Source: Obrimoposthia wandeli
Lineage: Eukaryota
Reading direction: 5' to 3'
DNA length: 64,000 nucleotides
NCBI GenBank assembly: GCA_977020255.1
Contig: CDROCS010000162.1
Location: 248,001 to 312,000 of the forward strand
Of the stretch, positions 12,101 to 26,400 are shown piece by piece. How positions within the stretch are numbered: position 1 is the first letter of the stretch; every line of letters starts with the position of its first letter. The translations under genes and the position numbers were made by a program. The notes under the pieces are model-generated. The model was given only the letters and a program-made list of their open reading frames with translations, had not been told where the DNA came from and ran no database searches.

Positions 12101-15100
12101 TGAAGACAATAATTTGATGTCAGATGATGACAAGTGTATGAATTTATATACATGTTCAAATTGAGTTAGATAATTTTTATTGTAAATATCAACTTGTATA
12201 GTGATGCATTTCAGCTACCAATTCAACAATTGAAGTGGAGTGGGATAACTTTTGTGACATTTGGGAACATATTTAGAAATATTTGACGACTATAAGTGGA
12301 AAAAGTCTATTATAGTCGACATTCATGAGCCAAAGTATTTTAATAAAAAACATCACAGATGCTCTGTGAAAGAAACAAATTGAATTTAATTTTTGATGAT
12401 GCAGTTTAAAATTTTCATCCAAAATTTTAATGAATTTTTAAAACATATTACGTTTGATATATTTAATTGAAAATAAAAAATAAAAATAAAACGTCTACTA
12501 TAATTTAAAAGTAGGACATTTCATTTAATTTCTTTTTTATTATGTTCAGATAATAATCACAGTAAAATTTCTCTTGGAAAGATTACCGATTTACTAAAGT
12601 ATTTTTTTGTTTGTTTTTAACACTCACTGGAATTTCCGGTTTTATATGTGTTGGTGTTGTCTGGAATAAAAATGGTTCGATTAAAAAAAATTTCCAAAAT
12701 TGTAAAATTATGCTTTAACATATTTTCATAAAATCACTTCGAAATCAAGGTAAAATTAGGACATTTCTAGAATTTGGAATGGTAAATATTATTCTAATAT
12801 AAAATAAAATAAACTTTTTTTTTATTGAATCTGCTAATGTTTTTCCAAATGAATAGTTTTTTGACTCACATGTATTTGCGGTTTGAAACGTCATGCGATC
12901 ACCTGAAATAAATTCGAAATAATTCTTATATAAATACAGTTAATTAATGCAAAATGTTATTTTTACATGGGAATTAAATAATCATTAAAATTTTAACACT
13001 GGTATACAAACTAAGAGTGAAAATTATTGATATAAATGGGTCATTTAAATTTTCTTTTCGATCAACTCATTATTTTTTATGTATTTAAATATGGTTTAAT
13101 AAAAGTTTTTCACTAGGTGAGATTACAGATAACAGCTAAATAGACAAGTTACGAAATGTTTTTAAAAGTTTTTATATAGCAAGTAAAACCCAGCCGTTTA
13201 AATGCGATTGTACGTCAATTTAAGCTTAAGATGTCCACTAGGCCGGGTCGAAATTTTATATTTGAATTACACATTATGCCTTGAGTTCCCTTTGGGTTCC
13301 TGAACAACATACTAAAATTACATTGCCATGCGACCCACCCTACCCCTCGCATACGACCCCATCATTTTTGTTAAATCTATGGAAAAAATCCATATATTCA
13401 GACAATTAAACTAGATGAGATATGTAGGTCATAAACTTTATTTTTAATGTTATTATGTGTTTTTAAGGTACTTTATGAATTATAGAATAAAGATTATGTA
13501 AATTATAGAAAACTAGTTCATTCTTCATATGAGCAATGTGTAGAAATTCTATTTTTAAAGAATAATTATAATATACTTAACAAATATTTAATGGTGGTAT
13601 AAAATAAATAAAAGATGCTTTTTAGAAAATGAACATATATTTATATACATAATACGTCGTATTACATTGACCACTGACTTTTCCACTCAAATATAGGCAG
13701 TTTCTTCCTAGAATCAATGACATTTAAAATATATGTTTGCCTGTTAGCGTAGCCAATTCTAACCGCTGATGCTCTTGTAACTAAATTAACTGCATGTTCT
13801 ACTACTTGGCTATGACAGGGGATATTAATAAGTTGTAGGGGTTCTTTTCGTATGATTAAAAGCTCGTCGTTTGTCAAATGTCTTAAAATAGGGGGCGTTG
13901 TGATGTTTTCTTTATCCCAGTCAATCATATCAACATAGTCATTTGCCTTTAGATTCAATGTTTTGGGAAGCTAAAAATTCCTTTCAATTTTACCTGTAGT
14001 TCTTGCGCGAATTATCCACTAGAGTTTCTCAAAATTGGATTAATTAGTCTGCATTTCATTTCATTTAATAATGATTTATAAAATATAAGAATAGTTGAAG
14101 GGGCTTTAGTGCAGACCACTGTAGCAATTACTACGGTGGAATAGAACATTGAAACACATTATTTTAGGATAGTAAGATCATTGTAAACAATTAACATTAC
14201 GTACTCGGTGTATTCGTTGACTGCTCATTGTTGTCGGCTCCTGAAATAATTGTAACAAACTCCTTATAAAAATAATTTTACATTATCAAAAGATATTCAA
14301 CTGAATCAATGTTGCTGTTTATGAGGTGAAACATTTTTATATTTCTTATTAATTATGTACTCTGGTAACTAAGGTTGATTGACTTAATAATAATAGTTGG
14401 ATTAATCTATTATATACATGTTGATAGACAAATAATTTACCCACCATCAAATAGCAAAAGAATGGAATGTTAATAATGATCACACATCAGTGGAGTGGGA
14501 AAACTTCTTGGCGTATGTAAACAACACATTTAGGAAACTTGGACTGGAACGGGTGGAATGATCACACCTGATGAATCAAAGAATATTTCTCTAAAATATT
14601 GCTAATGCTTATGTAGTAAAGCAGATTTGACTTTAGGTTGAGTGGATTTAAATAACCATCTTATGAAAATCGACATATGATATCTTTAATTTAAAATCAC
14701 AGATTAAAACTTCTAAAATAATTTATAAGTAGAACGTTTCATTTCAATTATTTATTATTTTATTATGGTAAAATTTAAGTTTCTTAAAAATATTGTTTTG
14801 ACCGCAGAAAACATGTCAATTAGACCTTAAAGTGAAAGAGTACCAAATTATTAGCTATTTAATTTTGTTTATTTGTTAAACTCTCTATATTTTCTAAATT
14901 GAAATGTATTGGTAATATCTGAAAAAATAATTTTAGTCAAACATGTCTAAAATTTTATTAACATTATTAAAATATCAATTTATACGACTACTTTTCATTT
15001 AGACCCAATTTTACAAATGGGAAGAGAATTTGTGATGTTAAGCTCGGAACGACACCTTACTTTATAATATGATTATGATGACTGATACTAATGATCTATT

Positions 15101-17442
15101 CGGGAGAATCGCCTTCTGACAAATCATCAGACAATACCATGTCCAATAACAAAGACCATGAGTTAGCCTTTTAGACAATTTTAGACTTTTTAACTTGTAA
15201 TTCAGTAAGGTCATACCATACGTACTATAAGAAATAGGTTTACGATGAAATTTCGGTGCAAAATCAAAGATATCAAAATTATAATTTGATTTCATTTTAA
15301 CATTTTTTTAAATCATGTGCAAACTAAATTAAAATATATTAAATTTACTCCAAATTTTATACTGAAAATTCAAATTGATGGATTCTAAGTAACATTTAAG
15401 TTGATATTACAAATTAACACTTGTACCATGTCATGTATATCCTTTCGCTCAACAGTACCAAAGTTATTCCTAGCATATGACTATAAATTAAATTAAATAA
15501 TGCTTTCAACCCTAATACAGATTTATTTATTTCTTGGAGCTGAATTAAATACTGTACATATAGCTATTAAGTTTAAGTAAACACCAATATTTAAAATGTT
15601 TATAGAATTTAATTAAAAAAAAGTGAGCTCAAGGTTTGAAAAAACTTTTACAATTAAAAAAACTCAAAAAACGGCAAGATGGTAGAAAAACGAAAAACAC
15701 GGATTGAAATATGCATTGCATAAAATAATGGTTTGAGCGTTATGTTCTTATGGTATCAAGGTGAGATTTGTCTTGATTGGCCAGTGTAAATTGAACAAGC
15801 AGTCTTGGATCTTATTAAGCTAAGAATATACCAGCTACGGGATATGCTCATCCTGAAACAAAGCCCCGGGGGTTGACTGATGTTCTTTGTTTTTTTTATA
15901 TTTTGAGTAACATATTTAAAAACTGACTTATATTTCGATCGGAATGTCGTATTGACAAGCAGTCTTCACTAAATGATACCTCATGAAGCTTCGAATATGG
16001 TTTTTCAAAGCTGATACTTTAAAGGTTAACCTTCAAAAGTTAATCTTCTGTGGTTAAAACCTTTAAACAGTTACATTTTCTACTATTGAAAGTTATAAGC
16101 TTGATTCGACCCAGGTAAAATCTTTGAGGGTTAGACCTTTACAGGTCAAAACCATCAAAATCTCTACTAGTTTAAGATAATCAAATGCACTTGATCATAA
16201 CTTGAGCAGACCTCAGAAAATCGATCTACAACGGTCAGAACCTTAAAAAATTATTTAATATATTTTTGTAATATTTTCAAAAAAAATAACGCCAAAATAA
16301 AAGAAGTTTTCAAATTACATGTACAACACATTTCGATATGAAAATTTTTACATCTAATTTTTTCTCAGAAACTATTTTTTTCAATTTGAAACTTAAAAGT
16401 AGATAATTATTTTTATAAATGTAAATATTTTTTAAATTTAAACTAGTTTTAATTATAAGTTTTTTTGTTAATTTATTTTAACACGAAGAAACTTCCCCAT
16501 TTTTTTCTTAAAAATATATTTATTTACATTTTAACAACATGCAAGTAGAAAAGAATTTGTTAAAAATGATTATGACATTGTTTCACACAATTTTTATGTT
16601 TGTAATAATATTTGTTTTACTACTTCAATATCATAATATTTTAAATAGGAATTATTACCTAAGTTTTAATTAGTTCAATGTGTAGGTTATTACAATTACT
16701 TTTAGTTTAATTCTATGTTTTATTAGATTGTTAAATACATCAACTAATTAAACCATTTTTAAAATTATTGCTCGTTAATTAATAAAAACTATAATTGAAA
16801 CAATTTTAGGTGTTTAAGTAATCCCACTGCATTATGTAATTATTAACATACATAGTGACACAATGTAATCTTCATCTGAATAGTACATGTACGTACTTAA
16901 ACAATCATGATTACTGTAATAAATAATGGCTAGCAACTATAATGGGATTTAGCTTTACATCTGGTATACAGTAAATCAGCCTAGGCATCTAATCTTCCCA
17001 TAGTTACACACACATGCACATAGAGAGATCTTTTCATAAACTTTTATTACTGTCATTTCATTTAAAATATACACTAGCAAATACATACAAAAGTTCTTGA
17101 AAACAACTTTCAGCCAATCACGGGTAATTAGTAAGCATTTTAAAATGTCTTGGCCTCCCAGAAGCCCGGATCTTAATCTAATGGATTTTTACTTCAGGGG
17201 TTATCTGAAATATGAAGTGTATGAAAAATCGTTTAACTCATTAAAAAGGATCAATAAAAAGAAAGAATTAAATTATGTATTGAAGAAATGAAACTATTAG
17301 ATTTCGACAAAGTAATAAAAAATGTACCGTTAAGACTTCATGCAATTATTGAACAAAAGGGCGAACAAATTGTTCATTATGATAGATTTATATAAATCCC
17401 TTTATGTCTTTAATCTATTTATTAGTGTTTTTTGTAATATAC

Positions 17443-17478
<36 letters not shown>

Positions 17479-20400
17479 TGCTTTGTGATTTTAATTTAAA
17501 ATAGTTCGTTTTTCTGTGAGACACCTTATATATATACACACATTATATACATTAAATTAAAATATTTAACGGTTTTTCGATAATAGCTCTCTCCAAACAT
17601 CGAACTTTTCTAGTTGCCGCTTTTTAATATTAAACAAATATACAATAAAGTTTTCGTACCCACTGTATTCATTGATTGCTGCGTTTTACCAGTTCCTGAA
17701 ATGATCGTAGAAATCTTAATTTTCATAATTGTAATATATCTAAAGAATTTCAACTAAATGACTTCTTCGGTCGATGAAGTGGAAATACGTACAATTAAAA
17801 ATAGTTGAAATCATGGTGCCAAGTTAAAATTTATAAAACATTAATGTTTAAACTTCAATATAATTTTTTCAACTTCACATGCGTATTGTGAATATAAAAT
17901 AAATTTGAGGAAAAAACTGTTCCATTGTTTTATGTGAATCTAAATGGGCTTGTCGGCTGCTGTATTTGAACTTTCACTTTACAGTGCTACAGTTAGAACC
18001 AACTAAAATATTTTGTTATACATGTCAACATTTCAAAATATTGCTTATGTATAATTTACTACTTTCATTTATAAGTAGTATATTTAAAAATAACCTTAGA
18101 TAATTAATTAAATTTTTGTATAAATTACAAAGCAATCACAAAGCAATCACAAAACTCAAGAGAAGGACGGAATCAGAAAAATCTCAGACAAACAACAAGC
18201 AAACCCAATACAGACAGTCAATTGTTCCAAATTAAACCCTAAATAATCATCATTAAAGCCAATGTGACACGTAATTAACCCATTCTATACCACTGTCCTA
18301 TTTTAGGACAGTAACTTTGTGTGATTCCTATACCCAAAGTATTTAATTAAAAATATTATTGTTTGTTTTAACTAATCAACGAATGTTTATTTAATATTTT
18401 GGGACATTTAAATAGTTGTAAATGTAAATAATTGATACCTACTAAACACTAAAAAGTAAGAAATTAACTACATTTATTAGTATGATTTTCATCCTCATTG
18501 TAGAAATGTACAAAATAGTAATAAAAAAAATCCGCAAATTAAAATGTTGAAATAGATAGGTAATAATACTGGATACATTAAAAACCCAAAGTAAAACATT
18601 CAAAGTACTAATCTAGACTTATTTGGTAGTGTCCTTTTATATGACGCTGGTACTTTGAGGCTAATTATTAAAAGTAATGTTTCTTCTTCAAAAATGCACT
18701 TTCAATGCATAATATATTAGTATACAGTGGATTAATTGTTTTTTATAATAGAGTTTGACTATTCAGAATGCTATTATTTTTAATTTTTGATACATATTTA
18801 TTTATTTTACTGTGGGGAAATGCAAATGCAAATCAACTACGGTGTCAGAGACAAAAATTACAATTGCAAACCCAAAACATATTGTGTGAAATGCAAAAAA
18901 ACACTTTGTAAATTTTGTTTTCCCAAATACCATGATCAACTCTAACAATTTCTAGTTCTATTATTGCACATGACACATAATTTATCATGTATGTGTACTG
19001 TACATGTATGCTAAACTTGAAGTGCTCCACCAAAATTAGACATTACTTAAGAAAAATGCAAGCCGAAGTGGTGGGAAACAGAAGCAGAATGAAAGTGTGT
19101 TTGTGAAAGAATTAGACAATCTTTTTGATATAGCCCATGCAGATGCACTAAAATTAATCACAAATCAAGAAGAATGAGAGTTTCTCACAGCCCAACGAAA
19201 AAAGGGGCGTCGTGGTTGCATGGGATCGGTGGACAAGGTGCTATCGTTGAAAGAGTCACGTGCAGTAGAAAGACAACAATCTCAGATGGGGAGACAAGAG
19301 CGTGAAAAGAAGCAGATGGCATATCTAACTGAAACTGTTAATAGTTTTAATGGGGAGGGCAAAGAAAGCAGTAGCGATGAATCTGATCGTACTGTTGAAC
19401 ACGAAGATACGATGAAATCTCCTCCAAGAAAGAGGGCAAGACAAGCTATAATGACACCACAGCTTGAAGCATCACTGGATAGAAATAAAATAAGTGACAG
19501 ACAAGCAACATTTGTTCTGGCTGCCACAGCTCAGAGTCTTGGACATGATATAGGAGATTTAAACATAAACCGTTCATCAATTCGAAGAAGTCGGCATCGT
19601 ATTCGATCATAACTTGCCATCTCTATTACATGCAAGCGTGCCATGGTGAAAGCGATGAAGGAGAAGGATGGAGTACGTGTACCTCCAGCAAGAATTCGAC
19701 TGGACCTTGATAAAGCTGTTGACATAACTATCAGTGATTTTGTTACAAAGAATACCATGAATTTCTTTACCAAGCTTCAAATCGATACATCATTTCTCGA
19801 CCTGGCAATCTCGTCCAGATTATTGTTCTGGTCTGCAGGTAGTGAACCAGTTATGCGTGGTCAATGACAATGCAGAGAGGAGTCGCTCTCATGGAACAGT
19901 TTAACGATAAAATTACTACCGATGAACAACAAAAACAATTTCTGCTACAAGTCGTTCAGGATAACCGAAATCGTGTGCCTTTCTGCAAGAAATCGTTGCT
20001 GCTCTAACTTTTCATACTTCAAGTTAACTATTCTGGATAACAAATTGTAGGACTGTAGTGTAGGTGTATTAGCATTACAAAATATTATAAACTATTATGA
20101 ACAATTGAACACTTTGATATAAACTTTTATGAACACTTTGCATTTTGAACACTAGTAATTTTCATGTTTTTTCCTTAAACGAGTATAATGTATAAATTTT
20201 GGATCGCTTGAGCTACCCCTAAATATTAAGTAAAGTTAATTTTGGATGTTGCTTTTCAATGTAAATAGAAACCATATAAGAGGGTGAGACACTTAAAAAT
20301 CGAAATTTTTGTTGTTGTAAAATTGTTAAGGACCACCCTAATGTACAGTACCTATTATGCATTTGTAATTAGACAATGTTTTAAACTTATACATGTATAA

Positions 20401-23400
20401 TATATAGTTCTTACCTGTACATATGGTATTTATATAATTCAAGACTATACATTTATGTTATGTACCCATCCAATCTATAAATATATTTCTCAACATACAC
20501 AAATTGTACCCAGCATGGTACCAGCGTCCTATAATAGGACAAACCTTTACTAGTGTATAAATAAAATTGTGGAATTTTTGTTGTTGATAATAACAATAGG
20601 GGACCCTTAAATGATATATTTATGCTGATTTTAATTCAAAATTTATTTTCTTTCATAGCTTGGTATTTAATGGGTTAAACTCAAATCTACTATAATACAT
20701 TAAATAAATCACAGACCCTTTTAAATTTTAATGCATAAAATTCAAACAACACTGATTTTGAATAAAATATAAATTACTGATTTTAAAATTGTAGTTTCGA
20801 AGTTAGATTTATATCCAAATCTCAGAACCGAAACGGTAATCAAGTGTAACATATGTGTAGGAATACAAAACCACTATATATTTATTAAATAACATTTGGT
20901 TGGAATTTTTATGCTGTCATTTGATATTTGATTTGTATAATCTGCGTTTATACGAAATATTCCTATGAATATAAATTTATTTGAATTACTAAGATTTAAG
21001 AGAACATTCAGAAAAAGAATCTTACGTTCAAATTTGTTGAACTAAATTGAGATCGATAATTTTCATAACTCATTTGAGGTTGCATTAGTTGACTTTGAGA
21101 AAGAAATATTCTTAAGCCTCTAGCGAGTTATATACTCTAAACCTAACAATATTATGGTAATCAGATGGTAGAAAAAAAGAATACAATAAAATATATTGTA
21201 ATTAATATTAGTTAAAAATCTTTAAACACAAAGAATGACAACAAAATAAAATGTATTATTAATTGGTATGATATTTTTGAAAACCGCTTCTGCAAGGACG
21301 AAGACAAAATAAATACATTTGGTGCACTTAGTTGAGTTAGTACACAGTATACTCTGAATTTCTGTTGATACTTTATTAGTAAACTTATAATCTCATCGGT
21401 AAAACACTGGTCCCTTGAAGTTCGAAAAATTAAACACTTTATCAAGTACAAACATATTTTTCACCTGTGAAATAGTTTTTAAAATATTAACGTTAAAAAA
21501 AACTACTACCTTCCTTGAAACTTTTGGCAGTTTCCTTTGGTTTTGGCCACCATATTCGTTATCATTTCAAATAGACTTTGCTCAAACATTTCTTAATTCT
21601 TTACATTAACTGGGCATAACCATGGGCTTGCCAGTTTTTGGCATAATCGTTCTCTTTCAGCATGCCCTACATATCTTCATTGGGTCTTAGCTGAGGCACT
21701 GATGGTGGAAATTTAGTCTTAAGAATAGAGTTGATTCCTTTTTCTTTGAATACATAAAATGTTAATTTTGTGGAGACTTTTGGTGAAATCTATCCGTAAA
21801 GATAATGTTAGTTAGGGTAATATTGCTGTATGAAGGGATCAAGTGCACTTTGGACTTACCAAGTTAGATCATGAGATGCTTCTTAAACGTTTTTAATTTC
21901 AGTTAAACGCACATTCTCGGGGGTATTATGAGAATTGTACAATGCGTAACAGAGAAGTGCGTTTCGTCATCAATTAGTATTTATGAAACAGAGTTCTTGG
22001 CGTACAAAATGTTGTCCTAAAGTTGTCGAACTCGGGTTCTCTGTGAGGCTGTTTGGGTTTCCGTATTATATATCATTTGTAAATGCCTTAACAATTTTAG
22101 TGAAATATATCATTGATACAAAAAATGTAGATATCATGCTTTGCTGACAAATTGGTTTCTTGTCGTTTGTTTTCTTGATTAAAGCTCACAGCTGGTTTTT
22201 CTGATCCTCGATTTCTCTCAGTTGTGCTTCTCTCGTTGTAGTTTCCAAGAATATGGTAGATATTTCCCTTCAATAATTTGGTGTTTGAAGTTCTCTGTAA
22301 TTTGGTTATTGGTTTAATTCTCGTGACTGGTAAAATTCCACCCCAAATCCGTGCTTAGATTTTGAGTTAGTTTGTCCATTTGAAGGTTGTTAACGAATTA
22401 GAGGTATATGTCACGTTATGTTTTATTTTTACTGTTTTTCTTTTATATTTAATATTGTACTTTTGTATGTATGATGTTTCACTTTGTTATTGCTTTGACA
22501 ATATTATAACACAAACAACAACCGAGTCCAGTTTTTTATCGAGCACATGTTGTATGTGAAATCCAAGACATCAATTTGGTTTGATTTTGGTATTCCCAGA
22601 GAATCAGCATTATGTTTAAATGAATCTAAGCATTGGCTATGCAGATGTTGAACCCCAATAGAAACAATGGATAGAACAATTTCATAATCTTGTTGCTATG
22701 TCTATAGGTACTCATGAACTTATGAAACAAGTCAAGCCCTCCCATGAAAAGTTGTGTGTTTCAATATGGCTGGGCATGACACCTTCGCGTCTGTAATTGC
22801 TGAGCTTGTCAAATTGTATTATTTATTTACTACTCTTTTATTACTCAACTATAATATGACCTAATTAATTTTAGTTAAGATTGATATTACGGAAAACGTA
22901 TAGAATATTTAAAACTGCTGTATCCCCTGATTACAACAGTATCATATATGATTCCAATAGTCTAAATTATGTCTACAATTAATAATAAAATAAAATATAA
23001 CACAAAAATTTTTACTCGAATGTAATCTAGATTTTGAGAATATCAAAACTGTTTGTGTAACAATATATTTAATATTAAACGTACTTACTAATACTTTCCA
23101 CAAACTGTCAATATATAAATTGACGCAAAAACACAACAATGAGTTTAGATAAAGAAATATGTGAAATCAATGAAAAAAACATTGACATGTTTACAAATAA
23201 AAATAAATTTGTATTTTTTAAATAAAATTATGTTATGATAAACTATGTCGTATCATATATAATACCAGTAGAACAAAAGGGTACAAACATTTATAAAATA
23301 TTTCATTTATATTAAAAATTTACAGAATTAAATAAATTTACATAAATATATATATGCAGAAATACATACTTCAACTACGGGTTTTTAATTTTTAAGTGAA

Positions 23401-26400
23401 CCACATTTTATTCAACAAAATAAGTTTCAGTATATGAAACTTTAATAAACCCAACAAGAGTAGTCTAAATTATATTTTGGCCTCATAAAATAAATGTTCT
23501 GAAATCAAAAGTAAACATAAATTCAAAATATTATGATATGACATTTAAAAAATATAATATAATTTATAAATTACAAATTTTAAGTTATTTTCAAAGCAAA
23601 TAAAAACGACTTACTTGCTGTATTTATCGAATTCATAGACTGAAATTCGTTCCCTGGTTAAAAAATGTAAAAATAAACTAATAAGTAGAATAATTAAATT
23701 TATTTATAGATTACAGTTAGATATTCGGAAACTGAAGCCTGGCCATTGATACCTCTTTCACGAGGATACCACAGTCCAATATATGGACAAGCAAAGTTAT
23801 GTTGACTATTTTGATATACTTTTTTCGCATTTTTACATTATGCAATAATTATATTAGTTAACATTTTGTTTTAATTATTGTAAATATCACGTTATTAAAA
23901 CTTGAAATTTAAATACGGAAATAAACTCAATAATTGACGAATATCAGCTTAATTGTAAGGTGTGTTCAGTTTTATAAAAGTCAGAAAATCGATTTTTTTA
24001 ACTGTATTTTAGTAATGAACAATCTCAAACAGCAATAGTAAGAGCTAACCAAATCGAATTCAATGTTAGAAAAGCCGATTTTAATGCTATAAAGTTCTAA
24101 GAGTTTAAAAAATCAATTATGGACACATTCTACTTGAAGGAAAACCTGGCTGTGAAAGTTAAAATATGTTTACTCGTGAAAAGAATAGCGACAGAATTGT
24201 AATAATAAAGTTATTCAATAACAATGACAGTTTTAGTTTGTAATGGATTTATCAAAAATTAAATGTTTTAAAATTTATAATGGAAACTTGAAATGTACAA
24301 AATATCTTGAAATTTTACAATCTCAATTTGTGCCACTTTTAGAATTTAAAATAAATCAAATAAACTAAGTTATTTTTCATGACGATATACACCCTTTCTC
24401 ATTGAAAGAAGAGTGCAAAAGTTTTGAATCTAAAATTTCACGCTAAATCGTGTTTAAGTCGCAAATTGATTATGCATAGCCTCTTAAGTATTATGACCTA
24501 AATCCATTTGACTCGTTTTATTAGGGATTTATGAAATCTAGTCAATGAACCAAAACAGTTAAAACAGTAAATTTTTTAAAATACCAAATTTCTAAAGGTT
24601 TCAATTGATTAGGACAAAAAATGCTCGAGAAAGTTATCAATTCAGTACCAGAAAACTTCAGAGTCATAATAAATAAAAGTGAACATATCGAAAAATGTAA
24701 TGAAAATATAAAAAATGCGTCTTATTCACTTTTTGTTTTTGTACATTTCCTAAGAATTTTTCTCAAACAAATTTTTATGAAATGCACTGTATCTTATCTT
24801 ATCTCATCTTATTATATGTATTACATAGACATTTTGTCATGTAGACGTTTACATCAGCAAATACATAGTTCTGGTTAGTAGTGCAGTAACTACAAAGGTG
24901 TTTAAATTCATCTAAACGTGAGGGGTTGTTTTACCATCAAATAAGAATGTGAAGCTGAAACCTTTATTTGAGACAAACACATGAACCCTCTTGTAAAACT
25001 GCAGAGCGTTTGCTTACCCCGAACGTCTATGGATTTATTAGTTTCAGAAGTAAGATAAATATTTATGAATATATAATGACAAAGCTGCTGATTGATTATA
25101 CTTAATTTTAATATGAAACATATAAATGTAAGGAACGTACTTGAGTTTAAACCTTTTTGAACTCTGCTATTGTCTGAAATTGGGAAAAGATACAAATTTT
25201 AAAAAGTTACAAAATTTTTATAGAACGTGGCTCTTAGGCTATAGTATATTTAGTCATAAACATTGAAGTTACCATGGTAATTTGGAGTGATTGCAAAAAT
25301 TCATTTGATACATTATAACAATCGAATAGCTAGAAATATTTTAAAAAGGCCATCCAAATACAAAAATTGACACATTTGATACTTATATCACTAGAAAAAT
25401 ATGTAAATATTTATAAAATGAATTTATATAAACAAGCCTCCAATCTCCACGATACACTTAAGACAACTTTCCCAATTAAATTAAGTGAAATAACCTGGAT
25501 AACGTTTCAAATCTTTTAGTTATTGTAACGGGTCAAGCTCTTTTTCATAGAAATTTAGAACTTTAGAACTTTAAGAGAAAAACAATCTCTAGGATTCAAA
25601 TCTGGGGAATTTGATGACTGAGTGAAGTCAAAGTTTGAGTTGACACAGGACCAGACATATTTTTGACTCGTGTATCAATGTGAAGTGATGCTCGATCTTG
25701 CTGATTATTATTCCTCATCAAATATAATGATGTTGAAGATTACGATTTGTTGAAATTAGTAGATTCTTCTGATTGGTCAACTTAGCAGCTTCTTCAGCTC
25801 GGTCAACTTAGCAGATTCTTCATCTGAGTTTGGGATTGACCATTTGAGAAAAACATTCTATAGTTTTAAATTTTATAGTGTAAAAATTATTTCTCTATTT
25901 GATGACCTTTACTAATAATCCATGCAGTTTGAGTTTGTGATTGGCCATACATTGTTTTGATGTTCGAATTAAAAATTCATTTTGTAATCAGAAAGATTTA
26001 TGTAAGTCTTTTGTAGTAAATATCAGTTAACCAGAAATTTAAACCCATTTAAATTCAGCAGTTTTGTTGCATCACCTTGTATAGATCTTTATATTAATTA
26101 AAACTTTAAAACAAAAGAAAACGAATATTTCACCTCGCAAACAAAAATGTTGAAATCAGAAAGGTAGTTTTTTGTGCATCATGCAAAGTCCATACAGTTG
26201 TTTGAAATTCCGTTTTCTAGGTTTACATTTTGATTTCATCAACTCGGGCGGTGACAGCAACCAGATTTTGGTATAGTGTGGTGGTTTTTACAAATTATAA
26301 ATGCCCTTGCCTCGAACTTTAAACTTCACGCAGCTACTCTAGCACTTTCTCACGCTGCTTATACAGAGAACATTTTAAATGATGGCCACGCTCAGAGTGA

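Noticed and set aside
20415-20444. 30-nt symmetric exon candidate with CAG|gtaaga donor
   Set aside because: Lies inside the piggyBac 3' non-coding region, has a weak acceptor and does not resemble the modules.
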